From NCBI GenBank assembly GCA_044223235.1, contig JBGAME010000003.1: a stretch of DNA of 64,000 nt; one strand, given 5' to 3'. The translations under genes were made by a program, and so were the position numbers. Of this stretch, positions 46,538 through 61,801 are shown piece after piece (the first letter of the stretch is position 1; each line of letters begins with the position of its first letter). The notes under the pieces are model-generated. The model was not told the origin of the DNA, made no database searches, and was given only the letters and a program-made list of their open reading frames with translations. Origin of the DNA: Mycobacterium sp. (GTDB lineage: Bacteria; Actinomycetota; Actinomycetes; Mycobacteriales; Mycobacteriaceae).

Positions 46538-47479
46538 ATGTCCCGGATAGACACCCACCACCACATCATTCCGCCCGATTACCGAAAGGCGCTGCGCAGA
46601 GCGGGGATCGACGACGCGGGTGGCCGTACACTGCCGGACTGGAGCACAGAAGCGGCCCTGCAGGCCATGGCCGACCTCGACGTCGGCACCGCGATTGTGT
46701 CGGTGTCCGCACCGGGGACGACCTTCGTGCCCGATCCCGTCGGCGCCGCGGCGCTGGCCAGAGATGTCAACGATTGGGCCGGCGCTCTTGTGGCGGACCG
46801 GCCCGACCGGTTCGGCTTCTTCGCGACGGTGCCCATGCCGCATCTCGATGAGGCCGTGGCAGAGGCTGTGCGGGCCCTCGACGTCCTACGGGCCGACGGT
46901 ATCGTGCTGCTGGCCAACAATGCGGGCACCTATCTCGGTCAGGATGGCCAGGATGAGTTGTTCGCCGCGCTGGATAGCCGCTCCGCTGTGGTATTCGTCC
47001 ATCCCGCCGAGTTGCCCGGCCCCGCCGTTCCCGGTGTGCTGCCGTGGGCCACCGACTTCCTGCTGGATACCACCAGAGCGGCATACCTGTTGGTGCGCAA
47101 CGAAATACGAAGGAGATTCCCGAACATCAGATTCATCCTGAGCCATGCGGGCGGCTTCGTTCCCTACGCCAGCCACCGGATGGCGCTCGCCATCATGGCC
47201 GACACCGGGCGGGCCGCCGCCGACAGCCTGGCGGACCTCGCCGGCTTCTACTTCGATACCGCCCTGTCATCGAGTCCCGCGGCGCTACCCACCTTGCTCG
47301 CCTTCGCCGAGCCGGGTCACGTCACCTTCGGCTCCGACTGGCCGTTCGCTCCGGTGGGTGTCGCCCAGCTGTTCGCCGCCGGCCTGGAAGCCTATCCGGG
47401 GCTCGACGCCGACGCCCGCGCCGACGTCGAGCGGAACAACGCGCTGGCGCTGTTCCCGCGCCTGGCGTCGCTCGTCTGA
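46538..47479 (+). CDS. Amidohydrolase_2 (ACMSD-like metal-dependent hydrolase/decarboxylase)
   Basis: MSRIDTHHHIIP (HxH metal motif), ...FVHP..., ...SHAGG..., ...FGSDWPF. A GGGGAGG RBS is present. Confidence 0.85.
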   Translation: MSRIDTHHHIIPPDYRKALRRAGIDDAGGRTLPDWSTEAALQAMADLDVGTAIVSVSAPGTTFVPDPVGAAALARDVNDWAGALVADRPDRFGFFATVPMPHLDEAVAEAVRALDVLRADGIVLLANNAGTYLGQDGQDELFAALDSRSAVVFVHPAELPGPAVPGVLPWATDFLLDTTRAAYLLVRNEIRRRFPNIRFILSHAGGFVPYASHRMALAIMADTGRAAADSLADLAGFYFDTALSSSPAALPTLLAFAEPGHVTFGSDWPFAPVGVAQLFAAGLEAYPGLDADARADVERNNALALFPRLASLV

Positions 47480-47611
47480 GCCAGCCCCGTCCCCTTCAGG
47501 CTTGTCTGACGCCGACCCTGTCCGCCGGCGCATGCGCCGAGGGTGACCTCACGGCGGAGATTCGTCGAAATCCTCTCCGTGACGTTACTTTCGGCGGCAG
47601 CCGGCCGCCCG

Positions 47612-49186
47612 TCAGATGAGTACGGCCCGCTCCTGGAGCGCGAGCTCCGCCTCGTGCAGCAGGACCGACTGCGCCTCCTCGTAGATCCGCCACGCCTCCT
47701 CGGGGCTGTCGCCGACCGCCGTCAGACCGATCCGGCCGCACTCGGTGAGACAGCTGATCATGTGGAACACCACCCCGGTGCGCCGGGACTGGTCGAAGTG
47801 CAGCCCGTGCTGGACGACGACGTCGAACAGATCCGGAACGGTGAGCACCTTGAGCCGGTCGTCTTCCAGGTGGTCGGTGGCCACCAGGTACTTACTGGTG
47901 CCGCCCGGGGTCACGAACACTCCGCGCTGTCCGTCATAGCTGCCGTCGGTGAGGAACTGCAGGGTCAGGAACGGGTGCGTGGTGCCGCCCTTGCGCAGGT
48001 TCAGCTCGATCGCATAGGGCGTCCATGCACCGCTTTCATCTTGCACGACAACGAAATCGACCGCGAACCGGCCCAGGACACCGATCTCGGCGAGATGTCC
48101 GCCGATCACCATCGCGGGCTCGGCGATGGCCGCGGCGTAACCGGGATCGGCGGGGAACACGCACCCGAGATACTTCTGGCCGCTCGCGCCGCCGAGTAAC
48201 TGATCGTGGGTGGACAACAGTTCGGCGGTGCCGTCCGGCAGACCCCGCATCTGGACGCTCGGACTGGTCAGCCGCGTTCCGGTGATGCGCTCTTCGACGA
48301 TGCCGCCGCTCCTGTCGAATGCCGCCAGAAAGACCTCCGGCGTGAGCGTGACCGCCTCGGGCTGCAGGCGGAACACCCGCTCCCTGATGGCGGCGGCCTC
48401 GTCGGCGGCGCCGACATCCGGCAGGTCCCGCAGGTCGAGCATGGCATTGCCGGAACCCGAGACCCCCTCGTTGATCTTCACGATCGCCTCGGTGAGCGCC
48501 GGGCGCCGGGTGCGCATGGTCTGCACGCCCGCCACGATGTCGTCGACCGTGTGCAGGTCTTCGGCACCGACCGGGCATTGCACCCCGAGTGACTCGAACA
48601 GTCGGCGGCACCCCGTCTTGGTGCCCAGATCGGCCAGCCGCGGATCCGCCCCGTACATCGGGATACCCAGCGACAGTGCAACGTCGCGCTCGAGTGTGGT
48701 GGTGTTGTAGGGGATCAGGTGACTGCGCGCCGGATTGGGCACCATGGACCGGATGGTCTGCAACAGACGTGGTCGCGCAAGCAGTTTCGCACTCAGGGAC
48801 CCCGGCGACGAATCGCCGACGGGGATCAGGGTCAGGCGGGCGCGCGCATGACTCGGGATCACACCGGGCAGCAGGCCCAGGTAGTACTCCACGACGGACT
48901 CCGAGATCGGTTGCGACGTCACGTAAATCATCCGCAGCCGCGGCTGGCGCAGCAGCAACAGCAGGAACAGTGCGCGTTCCTCCATCGCCTGCATGACGGT
49001 GCCGCTCGTCGCGGTGGTGCGTTCGATGCTGATGGAGGGGACCACCACCACCGACTCGTCGGGGTAGCCGAGGCGCATCGCCTGCCAGGCCGGGCCCATC
49101 GCCTCCTGCAACTCGTCGAAGACGCGGTAGCGTTCCTCCTCGCTGAGCTCGGACAGGTGCCGGCCGGGAGTCTGAAGTTGTGTCAT
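47612..49186 (-). CDS. ATP-grasp-like carboxylate-amine/peptide ligase (PGM1-like), last gene of the long operon
   Basis: IVKINEGVSGSGN and AIELNLRKGGTTHPF resemble ATP-grasp phosphate-binding and Mg-binding (E-x-N) motifs of PGM1-type ligases. Its ATG overlaps the upstream stop (ATGA). Confidence 0.55.
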   Translation of the reverse strand: MTQLQTPGRHLSELSEEERYRVFDELQEAMGPAWQAMRLGYPDESVVVVPSISIERTTATSGTVMQAMEERALFLLLLLRQPRLRMIYVTSQPISESVVEYYLGLLPGVIPSHARARLTLIPVGDSSPGSLSAKLLARPRLLQTIRSMVPNPARSHLIPYNTTTLERDVALSLGIPMYGADPRLADLGTKTGCRRLFESLGVQCPVGAEDLHTVDDIVAGVQTMRTRRPALTEAIVKINEGVSGSGNAMLDLRDLPDVGAADEAAAIRERVFRLQPEAVTLTPEVFLAAFDRSGGIVEERITGTRLTSPSVQMRGLPDGTAELLSTHDQLLGGASGQKYLGCVFPADPGYAAAIAEPAMVIGGHLAEIGVLGRFAVDFVVVQDESGAWTPYAIELNLRKGGTTHPFLTLQFLTDGSYDGQRGVFVTPGGTSKYLVATDHLEDDRLKVLTVPDLFDVVVQHGLHFDQSRRTGVVFHMISCLTECGRIGLTAVGDSPEEAWRIYEEAQSVLLHEAELALQERAVLI

Positions 49187-50301
49187 GTGCTCACCTCGTT
49201 CAATGCACTGATGTTGTGGATCCGCACGGAGCGGCTGAATCCCTTCGGCTGTGCGTCGCCGATGAATTCCGACACGGACAGGTGCTCGACGGAGGCAAGC
49301 ACGCGTTCGGTGACGAGGATCTGCCAGGGCCTGGCGTCGGCGCACAGCCTCGCGGCGAGGTTGGTCACGCTGCCGATCGCCGAGTAGTCGAAGCGGCCCT
49401 CGAAACCGATCCTGCCGAGAGTCGCGTAACTCTGGGCGATTCCGATGCCGAGAGCGAGGTCATGGCCGTTGCGGAGCCAACGGGTGGCAAGCCCCTTGAC
49501 TGCGTCGCGGATGTCGACCGCCATGCGTACCGCACGCTCGGCCGCGTCGTCGCAGGGGATGGGGTCGTTGAAGAAGACCATCACCCCGTCTCCGGTGAAC
49601 CGCTCCAGCGTGCCCTCGTACTGGTGGATCAACGCCCCGATCACTTGGTGGTATTCACTCAATACCCCCATCACCTCCTCCGGCTCGCTGGTCTCTGCGA
49701 ACGGGGTGAAGTTGCGCAGATCCGTGAACACCACGACGATCTCGCGGCGATGGCTGCGAAGCAGGGTCTCGTCTCCGACAACGAGTTCGGCGAGCTGCGG
49801 GGAGAGGAACCGCCGCAACCGGTTGGTGCGCTCCAACTCGGCGACCTGCCGGGCGACCCGGGTCTCCAACTCGGAGTTCCATGCCGCGAGCTCGTCGGCC
49901 TGCCTGCGGATGGTGTCGTGGTATCGCTTGATGCGCGCCAGCGACGCCACCCGGGCGAGCAGTTCGGCCTGGTCGAAGGGTTTGGCGACGAAGTCGTCGA
50001 CACCGGCCTCGAGCGCGGCCAGGCGCTGCGTACTGCCGCTCGCCGTGATCATCACCACCGGAAGGAATTCGGTCGCCGGTATGGAGCGGATTCTGCGGGA
50101 AACCTCGAGGCCGTCCATCCCCGGCATCACGAGGTCGAGGAGCACCAGATCGACGTCACCGGTTTCGAGCAGTTCGAGCGCCTGCGCCCCCGAGGAGGCG
50201 GTGAGTACCCGGTAGCCGCGCGGCGTGAGGACCGCGTCCAGGAGTCTGAGGTTGACGGGCTGGTCGTCGACGGCTAGCACGGTGACCGGTATGTCCATCA
50301 T
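49183..50301 (-). CDS. Response-regulator receiver fused to a class III adenylate/guanylate cyclase
   Basis: REC: VLAVDDQPVNLRLL...DLVLLDLVMPGMDG...K. Cyclase: VVVFTDLRNFTPF...RFTGDGVMVFF...IGSVTNLAARL. Confidence 0.9.
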   Translation of the reverse strand: MMDIPVTVLAVDDQPVNLRLLDAVLTPRGYRVLTASSGAQALELLETGDVDLVLLDLVMPGMDGLEVSRRIRSIPATEFLPVVMITASGSTQRLAALEAGVDDFVAKPFDQAELLARVASLARIKRYHDTIRRQADELAAWNSELETRVARQVAELERTNRLRRFLSPQLAELVVGDETLLRSHRREIVVVFTDLRNFTPFAETSEPEEVMGVLSEYHQVIGALIHQYEGTLERFTGDGVMVFFNDPIPCDDAAERAVRMAVDIRDAVKGLATRWLRNGHDLALGIGIAQSYATLGRIGFEGRFDYSAIGSVTNLAARLCADARPWQILVTERVLASVEHLSVSEFIGDAQPKGFSRSVRIHNISALNEVST

Positions 50302-50678
50302 TTCCCCTGGCCCGCAAGGAAATTCCCGATCTGCCCAGGAAGTGCCCGCACGCTGATCGGCTTCTCGATGTAGCCGTCGAATCCGGCGAGTTCGGCCCGC
50401 GCGCGGTCGGCGGCCATCGCGAATGCCGTTACGGCGACCACGGGTACGCTCGGCGCGAGAATGCCCTGCCGCAGCCTGCGCATCGTTTCGGTGCCGTCGA
50501 TGCCGGGCAACTGGAGATCCAGCAGCACGAGATCGGGCGGATCCGACGTCGCGGCTTGCAGACCCTCCTCACCGGTCCGGGCCTCGACGATGTCGTACCC
50601 GGCGACCTGGAGCACATCGCGGACAAGCTTGAGATTGAGCGGATTGTCCTCGACCACGAGGATCCGGCGGGGTGTCAC
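50298..50678 (-). CDS. Stand-alone CheY-like response-regulator receiver
   Basis: ILVVEDNPLNLKLV...DLVLLDLQLPGIDG...VTAFAM...GFDGYIEKP. The GTG start overlaps the kinase stop (GTGA). Confidence 0.9.
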   Translation of the reverse strand: MTPRRILVVEDNPLNLKLVRDVLQVAGYDIVEARTGEEGLQAATSDPPDLVLLDLQLPGIDGTETMRRLRQGILAPSVPVVAVTAFAMAADRARAELAGFDGYIEKPISVRALPGQIGNFLAGQGK

Positions 50679-52972
50679 GACGACTCCGAAGGGCTGAGTC
50701 CCTTGGCCGAACCGGTCGGGACACCGACGCGGTTCAAGGCGTCGATCAGCTCGTCACGACGAACCGGCTTGCCCAGGTAGGCATCCGCACCCATGGCCGC
50801 GCCCCGCGGGCGGTCGTCGACCACCGTGGCGATGATCACCGGTATCGCCGCGGTTGCGGGCTGTGCCTTGAGTTCGGCAAGCACCTGCCAGCCGTTCAGC
50901 CGTGGCAGCTTGATATCGAGGACCACGGCCGCCGGCCGCACGCGGCGGATCAGGTCGAGGGCGTCCACACCGTCCCGTGCCCGCAGGACCCGGGTCGGCG
51001 TGCCGTCAAGGTAGGCCGACAGCAGATCCAGGGACGCCCGGTCGTCGTCGACGAGGACCACCACCGGTTCGTCGCTTGGGGATGCGGGGGCCTCGTCGGC
51101 GAGCGGCAGCAGTCCCGGTATCGAGAAGCCGAAGGTGCTGCCGGAGCCCACCGTGGTGTCCAGCCACATCCGCCCACCGAACAGCCCGACGATGCGCCGC
51201 GACAGCGTCAACCCGAGTCCGGTGCCCTCCTCCTTGGCGGGTCCCCTGCGGCCCTGCTGGAACGACTCGAAGATGCGATCCCGATCCTCTGGCGGCACGC
51301 CGATCCCGGTGTCGGTGACGGTGACGGTGAGTTCGCTGCCCTGCCGAGAGGCGCGCACCGACACACTGCCGCCGTCCGGGGTGAACTTGACGGCGTTGGA
51401 CAGCAGGTTGAGGACCACCTGCTTGAACCGCAGCTCATCCGCCTCGATCAACCCGACGTCGTCGGCGACGTGCAGTGTGACGGCGATGGCATGCAGCGCC
51501 GCCCGCTCGCGGACCATGGCCAGGCTGTACTCGAGGGCACCGGCCACGCCGAATGTGGCTCGCTCGAGCACCATCTGGCCCGCCTCGACCTTGGACAGGT
51601 CGAGTATCTCGTTGAGCAGTTCGAGGAGATGGCGGCCGGAGTTCCAGATGTCGCGCAGGTACTCGTCCTGCCGTTCGTTGATCTCGCCGAACATGCGCTC
51701 CAGCAAGACTTCTGAGAAGCCGATCACCGCGTTGAGCGGTGTCCGAAGTTCGTGGGACATGCTGGCCAGAAACTCGGACTTGTGCCGGCTGGCAACCTCG
51801 AGTTCGGTCGATTTGGTCTCCAGCTCACGGAATAGCCGCGCATTGACGATGGCCAGAGCCGACTGGCCGGCGAAGGTCTGCAGCAGTTCGATCACGTCGA
51901 GGGGGAAGCTGCCCGTCCCGCGTCGCCGGATCACCAGCACGCCGATGACCTTGTCGCCGCGCAGCATCGGGACGGCGAGCACCGAGCGCCAGCCGTCGCG
52001 GAACAGGACCTCCAGATAGTGGTCGAGATCGGCCTGGCTCAGATCGGGGATCTGAAGAGGCTTGCGGGCCCGCACGGCCCGACCGACCAACGTCGACTCC
52101 CCGTCGATGGTGATGGACCGCAGCTGCTCCAGAAGGTCGCGACGGCTGCCGAACACCGCCCGGACGAGGAACGAGTCGTTCGCCTCGTCGTACTCGAGGA
52201 TCGAACCGCCGTCGGTGCCCAGCGTGATGTCGCCGAAACCGAGGTTGGTCAGCCGCACGGCGTTGCTGACGATCCGGTCGAGGACCTCTTCGAGGTCGAG
52301 GCTCGAGCCGACGGCCTCGTTCACCTTGCGCAGCGCCTCGAGCTGGGTGACCTTGTTCGACAGCTCCGCACCTCTGGATTCGAGGGCGCGCATCAAGGTG
52401 ACCTGGCGCAGTGCGATCGCGCCCTGCGCGGCGAACTCCTCGAGCAGTTCGCATTCGCGCGCGTCGAACGGTGCGACCTCGGTCCGCCACATCGACAGCA
52501 CCCCGACGACCTCGTCCTGGAGCAGCATCGGTGTGGACAGCAGCGTGCGAAAGCCGGTGAGCCGCTGCAGATCACGCCGCCCGTAAGCAGCGTCGCTGAG
52601 CACGTCGGGAACCTGGTGGGTGCGCTTGTCCTCGGCAGCGCGCCCCACCGCGGACAACCGGTTTCGGGCGATCGGCTGGTCCAGCAGGAGTCTGCGGTAA
52701 TCCTCCGGGGTTTCGCCGGAGACCCGCGAGAGCCGGAACACGTCCCCGTCGAGCAGGAACAGCTGTGCGGCCCGCGCCCCGCACAGGCGCGCCGCGTACT
52801 CGAGCACGGTGTCGAGCACGGCGCCCGGGTTGGCCACGTCTCGACCGAGCGCCGCGAGGATCTCGCGGATGGCCGCGGACTGCTGGTGCGCCTCGCGCAG
52901 CGCCCGGTGCTCGTCGATCGGGTCGTCGGCGCTCGGGGTGGGAATGCTGGGGTCCGTCACGGCAACCGTCAC
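50675..52972 (-). CDS. Cytoplasmic hybrid histidine kinase: GAF-GAF-HisKA-HATPase_c-REC
   Basis: H-box SHELRTPLNAV, N-box LLSNAVKFT, G-boxes DTGIGV and GTGLGL, and a C-terminal REC VLVDDD...VLDIKLP..G...K. No TM segment. The GTG at 52972 overlaps the FHA stop (GTGA); an alternative GTG lies at 53002. Confidence 0.9.
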   Translation of the reverse strand: MTVAVTDPSIPTPSADDPIDEHRALREAHQQSAAIREILAALGRDVANPGAVLDTVLEYAARLCGARAAQLFLLDGDVFRLSRVSGETPEDYRRLLLDQPIARNRLSAVGRAAEDKRTHQVPDVLSDAAYGRRDLQRLTGFRTLLSTPMLLQDEVVGVLSMWRTEVAPFDARECELLEEFAAQGAIALRQVTLMRALESRGAELSNKVTQLEALRKVNEAVGSSLDLEEVLDRIVSNAVRLTNLGFGDITLGTDGGSILEYDEANDSFLVRAVFGSRRDLLEQLRSITIDGESTLVGRAVRARKPLQIPDLSQADLDHYLEVLFRDGWRSVLAVPMLRGDKVIGVLVIRRRGTGSFPLDVIELLQTFAGQSALAIVNARLFRELETKSTELEVASRHKSEFLASMSHELRTPLNAVIGFSEVLLERMFGEINERQDEYLRDIWNSGRHLLELLNEILDLSKVEAGQMVLERATFGVAGALEYSLAMVRERAALHAIAVTLHVADDVGLIEADELRFKQVVLNLLSNAVKFTPDGGSVSVRASRQGSELTVTVTDTGIGVPPEDRDRIFESFQQGRRGPAKEEGTGLGLTLSRRIVGLFGGRMWLDTTVGSGSTFGFSIPGLLPLADEAPASPSDEPVVVLVDDDRASLDLLSAYLDGTPTRVLRARDGVDALDLIRRVRPAAVVLDIKLPRLNGWQVLAELKAQPATAAIPVIIATVVDDRPRGAAMGADAYLGKPVRRDELIDALNRVGVPTGSAKGLSPSESS

Positions 52973-53619
52973 CCGTCTTGGATGATCGTGATCGTCGTCC
53001 ACGCGCCGACGTGGATGCGATCGCCGTCGGTGAGTGGGGTTTCCTCGCCGTTGCGCAGAAAGTCGTCGCTGTCGTTGAGGCTCGTACCGTTGGTCGAGCC
53101 GAGGTCGGTGACGGTGACGCCGGAGTCCCGGATCCGCAGCACCGCGTGTTGGGTGGACACGCCGCGGTCGACGGGGTGGATGCCGAGGTCGATCGCCGGC
53201 TCGACGCCCTGGTCGCGGTTACGCCGCCCGATCAGGGTCGTGTTGGCGCGCAGGGCGATCCGCCGTTCGGGGAAGTACTCGGGAAATTCGACGGTGTCCG
53301 GACCGCCCCGGGCCAGCACGCGTTGATAGAAGGTCCGGTCGGCGGCGATGACGGCGATCCACCGGGCGGCTCCCGATGGCAGGCGACTGTCGCCGGCCGC
53401 GACGGGTTCCGGTGCCGGAGCAGGCGGTGCGGGCAGCGCCGAATCATGTCCACACGTTTCGCAGAACCGCCCGGCGATCGGCGCCCCGCACCCTGGGCAG
53501 ACCGTCACCGCCGAAGACGACGACGAAGCCCGTTGTCCCGCCGCAATTTCCATCGGCGATCCGCACACGTCGCAATAGTCGGTGGCGGTCGAGTCGTGCC
53601 CATCGGCGCAAATCGGCAT
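52969..53619 (-). CDS. Double zinc-ribbon + FHA domain protein
   Basis: N-terminal C-x15-CDVCG and CPGCGAPIAGRFCETCG, then FHA motifs LIGRR..., ...VSTQHAVL... and GSTNGTSLN. A GGAAGGAG RBS is present, and the ATG shares 1 nt with the vWA stop. Confidence 0.9.
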   Translation of the reverse strand: MPICADGHDSTATDYCDVCGSPMEIAAGQRASSSSSAVTVCPGCGAPIAGRFCETCGHDSALPAPPAPAPEPVAAGDSRLPSGAARWIAVIAADRTFYQRVLARGGPDTVEFPEYFPERRIALRANTTLIGRRNRDQGVEPAIDLGIHPVDRGVSTQHAVLRIRDSGVTVTDLGSTNGTSLNDSDDFLRNGEETPLTDGDRIHVGAWTTITIIQDG

Positions 53620-54912
53620 CAGGTCTCCTTCCGCACCCTCGCGGTTCTCGTCGAGCGTGCGTCAAGGGCCATCTCATCGGCCGCCGCGATGTCGCGGTGC
53701 AACCGCGCGGTACCGGTGCGCTTGTCGACCTCGATCACGCCTTCGAGCAGCTTGGCGGTGCCGTCGTTGCCCGACTCGACGGCCAGTTCCATGGCGCGCT
53801 TCAGTTTGGCTGTCGCGGTGGCGATGTCACCGCTTTTGCGTGCGCTGAGCCCGTCCTGGACCGCCTGCGCCAGTTCGGCCTGGCCGGTGTAGTGCGCCAC
53901 CCGTCTGCTGATCCGGGCCGACAGCGCCGTGTCGGCCGTCCAGACCGCCTTCACCAGACCCTCACCCAGCGTCTGGTCGCCTGCGGTGACGGTCACCCGC
54001 GCCGCGAGCTTCTCCCGCCCGACCGCGGCGGGTTCCACCGCAACCTGGATGTGGTAGTCGCGATCCTCCACACCCCAGGAACCCAACGGGTACTCGCCGC
54101 TCTGACTTCCCGCGTCCACCCGGCGATGGGTCAGGTCCTCCACCGTCGGCGCTACCTGTTTGACGAACTCGACGCGAGCCCCCGCAGGAGTCCACAGCCG
54201 CAGCGTCAGATCGGGGATCGACTTGGCCATCGACGCGCGCATCATCGCGGCGAAGTCATCCGCCAGATCGGCCGGATCGGCGACGATGTCCACCGTGCCA
54301 AGCAGCGCCGAGGAGATCGCGCGCAGTTCCTCGACGTGCCAGCCTGTTCCGACCCCCCGGCAATCGCACGTGAAAACCCCTTCGCTGAGCCCGATCTCGT
54401 GTCCGAGCTGTTCGGGCGTCTCGTGCTCGTCCTTCCCGTCGGTGAGCAGGATCGCGTGGGTGAGTGCGCCCGGACGTTGTGCGACGACCCGTCGGACGTA
54501 CGCCAGCCAGGTCCCCATCGCGGTCCCGCCGTTGGGCCGTAGGCCGTCGACCGCCACGGCCGCCGCGCCCCTGGTCGCGGTGCTCGCCCTCGTCGGGCGG
54601 CCATCCGGGGGATAGACGGGGACCGCCTTTTCGGTGCCGGCGATGATCGCGAAGTAAGTGCCGTCGACGAGTTCGTCGATGGCGGCCGCCGTGGCTCGCT
54701 TGGCCGCGTCGAACTTGCCCGACGGCGCCATCATCGACGTCGAGCAGTCGATGACGATGGCCTCCACCCGCTCCAGCACGGACTGATCTGCCACCTGGTT
54801 CGCGATGCCGCTGTCTGCCGTGATGCTGACGATCGCATCGACGGTGCCGGTTCCCTCCGCGAGGTACGGATTGTGGTCGACATCGACGGTGATGCCGGAA
54901 GGTCCTTGTGCG

Positions 54913-54926
<14 letters not shown>
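53619..54926 (-). CDS. von Willebrand factor A (vWA) domain protein with a C-terminal helical extension
   Basis: MIDAS DCSTSM (DxSxS), ...NGGTAMG... and ...LLTDGKDE. No signal peptide. It overlaps the PP2C stop by 14 bp. Confidence 0.85.
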
Positions 54927-59358
<4,432 letters not shown>

Positions 59359-59362
<4 letters not shown>

Positions 59363-60321
59363 TCCTCATACCGCGGCGCCGGGGGTCCCGGCGACGGTCC
59401 CAGACCGCGCAGCCAGGTGTCGTACAGTCGCTGCCAGGTCCCGTCGACACGCATCTGTTCCAGCGCGCCGTTGACGAATCGAATGAGGTCGTCGTCACCC
59501 TTCTTGATCCCCACGCCGTAGGGTTCGACGCCGAGACTGGCGCCGGCCACCTCCACGTTCGGATCCTGGGCGGCAAGGCCCGCCAGCACGACGTCGTCGG
59601 TGCTGATGGCGTCGACCTGATCCTGCTGCAGCATCAGGAGGCAATCGGTCCACGTTTTCGCACCGACCAGCGTCGGCCTCGGGTCCAGCGCGAACAGTGT
59701 GGACAGTGAGGTCGTGCCCGACACCGCACACACCCGCTTGTCACCAAGCGCCGCAGCTGAATCGATGCCGGATCCCTTCGGTGCCAGGATGCGCTGATTC
59801 GCCAGGAAGTACACGGTGGAGAAGGCGACGTCGTCCTTGCGTTCGCAGGTGATCGAATAGGTCCGGACCACCAAGTCGACCAGACCCGATTGCAGTGCCG
59901 ACACCCGCTGGCCGGCGTCGACCACCCGCAGGTCGATGCGGTCGGGATCGCCGAAGATGCGGCGCGCGAGCTCACGGGCCAGATCGATGTCGAACCCCTC
60001 GAGCTGACCCGTCGCCGGATTGCGGTAGCCGAATAGGTAGGTGTTCTGGTCGACGCCGACGACGAGCCTGCCGCGTTCGGCGATGGCGGCCATCGTCGAA
60101 CCCGGCGGCATGTTGCCCGGTGCGGGAAGCGACCCTGGGCGCAGACTGGCTTCGCGGTCGCAGTCCTCGCGACCCGCCGCGGGTGCTTCGCTGACATCCT
60201 GCGCGCCTGCCGGTCGCACCTCCACCGGCGGGACGGTCGCCGACGGCGGTGGAGGCGATGTCGATCCGCATGCGGCCGTGACCGCAACCGCCAGTACGGC
60301 CGCCCAGATCCGTGGCCTCAT
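59359..60321 (-). CDS. GlnH-like amino-acid (Glu/Asp/Gln type) solute-binding lipoprotein
   Basis: Lipobox AVAVTAAC, then SBP_bac_3 motifs GRLVVGVDQNTYLFGY...GFDIDLAREL...YGVGIKKGD. The ATG at 60321 overlaps the upstream stop (ATGA). Confidence 0.85.
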
Positions 60322-61562
60322 AGGAACTCCTTGAGCCGCGGCCAGAGTCCGGCGACGGCGGCCGCCGCGGCCGCGATCATCAGCACGAGGGTCCCTGCCG
60401 GGCTCCATACCAGGAAGTTCCCCGCCGCCCACACCCTGTTACGCAGCGCGGCCCTGGTGTCCTCGAGTTCATCCCGCAACCCGGCCTCGACGGCGGCGAA
60501 CTGCGCCGCGGACGCGTGCGGGTCCGGGCCGATCGCCTGCGCGACCGCGTCGGGGTAGGCGCCGGCCAGATAGGCCTCCACCTGCTTGCGATGGCCGGCC
60601 GTCCACCGTTCGACGGCCTCCGACACAACCGGCGAGCCCTGGCCGAGCACCTCCACCAGGCCGTCGATGCGGTCGGTGAACGCCTGCTCGCCTGCGGTGA
60701 TGTCGCCGCGGGCGATCAATTCCAGGGTTTCATCGGTCCTGGCCTGTTGAGCGAGGATCCGCGCTTTCGTGAGCCGGTCGAACCGCTCGGAGCCCTCGAT
60801 GCTGCGTCCGACGTCGGCCGCCGCCAGGCGGGTGGCGAGGACGATCCACAGGATCGCCAGCAACACCAGGGCGCCTGCGATCAAAAGCCCTACGTTGAAC
60901 TGCCGGTTGGTGCGGGTGACCATGATCGCCGACCCGACGCCGATCACCACCAGCACGAGCGCAAGCAACGCCAGGCTCAGCAGGGGCGTCGATCCGACAG
61001 CGCGCTGGTCGTCCGAGACGGTGGCGAAATCGGCGGAGTAGATCCGTTCCGCGCCGGGAAGCAGTTTGGTCTGCATCAACGTCGACGCCTCGCGCAGGTA
61101 GGCCGACCCGATCGGGAACCCCTGCAGGTTGTTCGCCCGCGCGGCCTCCACCAACCCGGTGTAGGCGGCCAGCAGCGCCGATACCTCGGCGACCGCGGTA
61201 CGGCGGTCCGTGTCGGCTGCGCCCGCGGTGGTGTCGGCCAGCGCAGCCGCCGCGTCCGCCAACGCCTGCTGATAGCGCTCGCGCGCCTGCGCAGTCTGCG
61301 TCCCGCCGGACAGGAACGCTGACGCGGCGGCGGCATCGGCCGCCGAGAGGGCGGCGTACAGATTCTGCGCCGCGTAGGCGACCGGCTCGGAATGGTCCAG
61401 AACCGCGTCGCGCGCGGCGATCCGCCTGTCGAGCTGAGCGGCGGCGACGAACCCGGCGATGATGCACGAGGCCGCGATGACGACGGCGAGGATTCCTACG
61501 ACCCCTGGCGTGGTTCGGGCGAATCGGCGCAACCATGCCGCGGAGGCACGCGTGTCGAACAT
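60318..61562 (-). CDS. GlnX-like (Rv0412c-like) four-TM membrane protein with two helical extracytoplasmic domains
   Basis: The TM pattern is 1 + 2 + 1, separated by Ala-rich helical regions of about 150 aa, in the position upstream of glnH as in the glnX-glnH-pknG operon. I chose the start at MFDTRAS (61562) because the track extension to 61904 is Arg-rich and looks non-coding. Confidence 0.7.
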   Translation of the reverse strand: MFDTRASAAWLRRFARTTPGVVGILAVVIAASCIIAGFVAAAQLDRRIAARDAVLDHSEPVAYAAQNLYAALSAADAAAASAFLSGGTQTAQARERYQQALADAAAALADTTAGAADTDRRTAVAEVSALLAAYTGLVEAARANNLQGFPIGSAYLREASTLMQTKLLPGAERIYSADFATVSDDQRAVGSTPLLSLALLALVLVVIGVGSAIMVTRTNRQFNVGLLIAGALVLLAILWIVLATRLAAADVGRSIEGSERFDRLTKARILAQQARTDETLELIARGDITAGEQAFTDRIDGLVEVLGQGSPVVSEAVERWTAGHRKQVEAYLAGAYPDAVAQAIGPDPHASAAQFAAVEAGLRDELEDTRAALRNRVWAAGNFLVWSPAGTLVLMIAAAAAAVAGLWPRLKEFL

Positions 61563-61801
61563 CGGAGCGCCTACGGCATTCACCACCCACCTCCCCCGCG
61601 CGGATTGATCGTAGCCGCTGCGTACCCGCATCCAGCCGACAATGATCGATTCGTCGGGGCGGCCCCGGCCGGTGGGGACACGCAGGTCGTCGGCCGTTTC
61701 GTGGCGTGACGGCGGTCGCGCCGCGGTGCCGATCTCACTGGCGCAGGCGAGGGCGCCCCCGCCTGGATACCGTGATTCGTCACTGGCCAGTCCCGTCCGT
61801 T

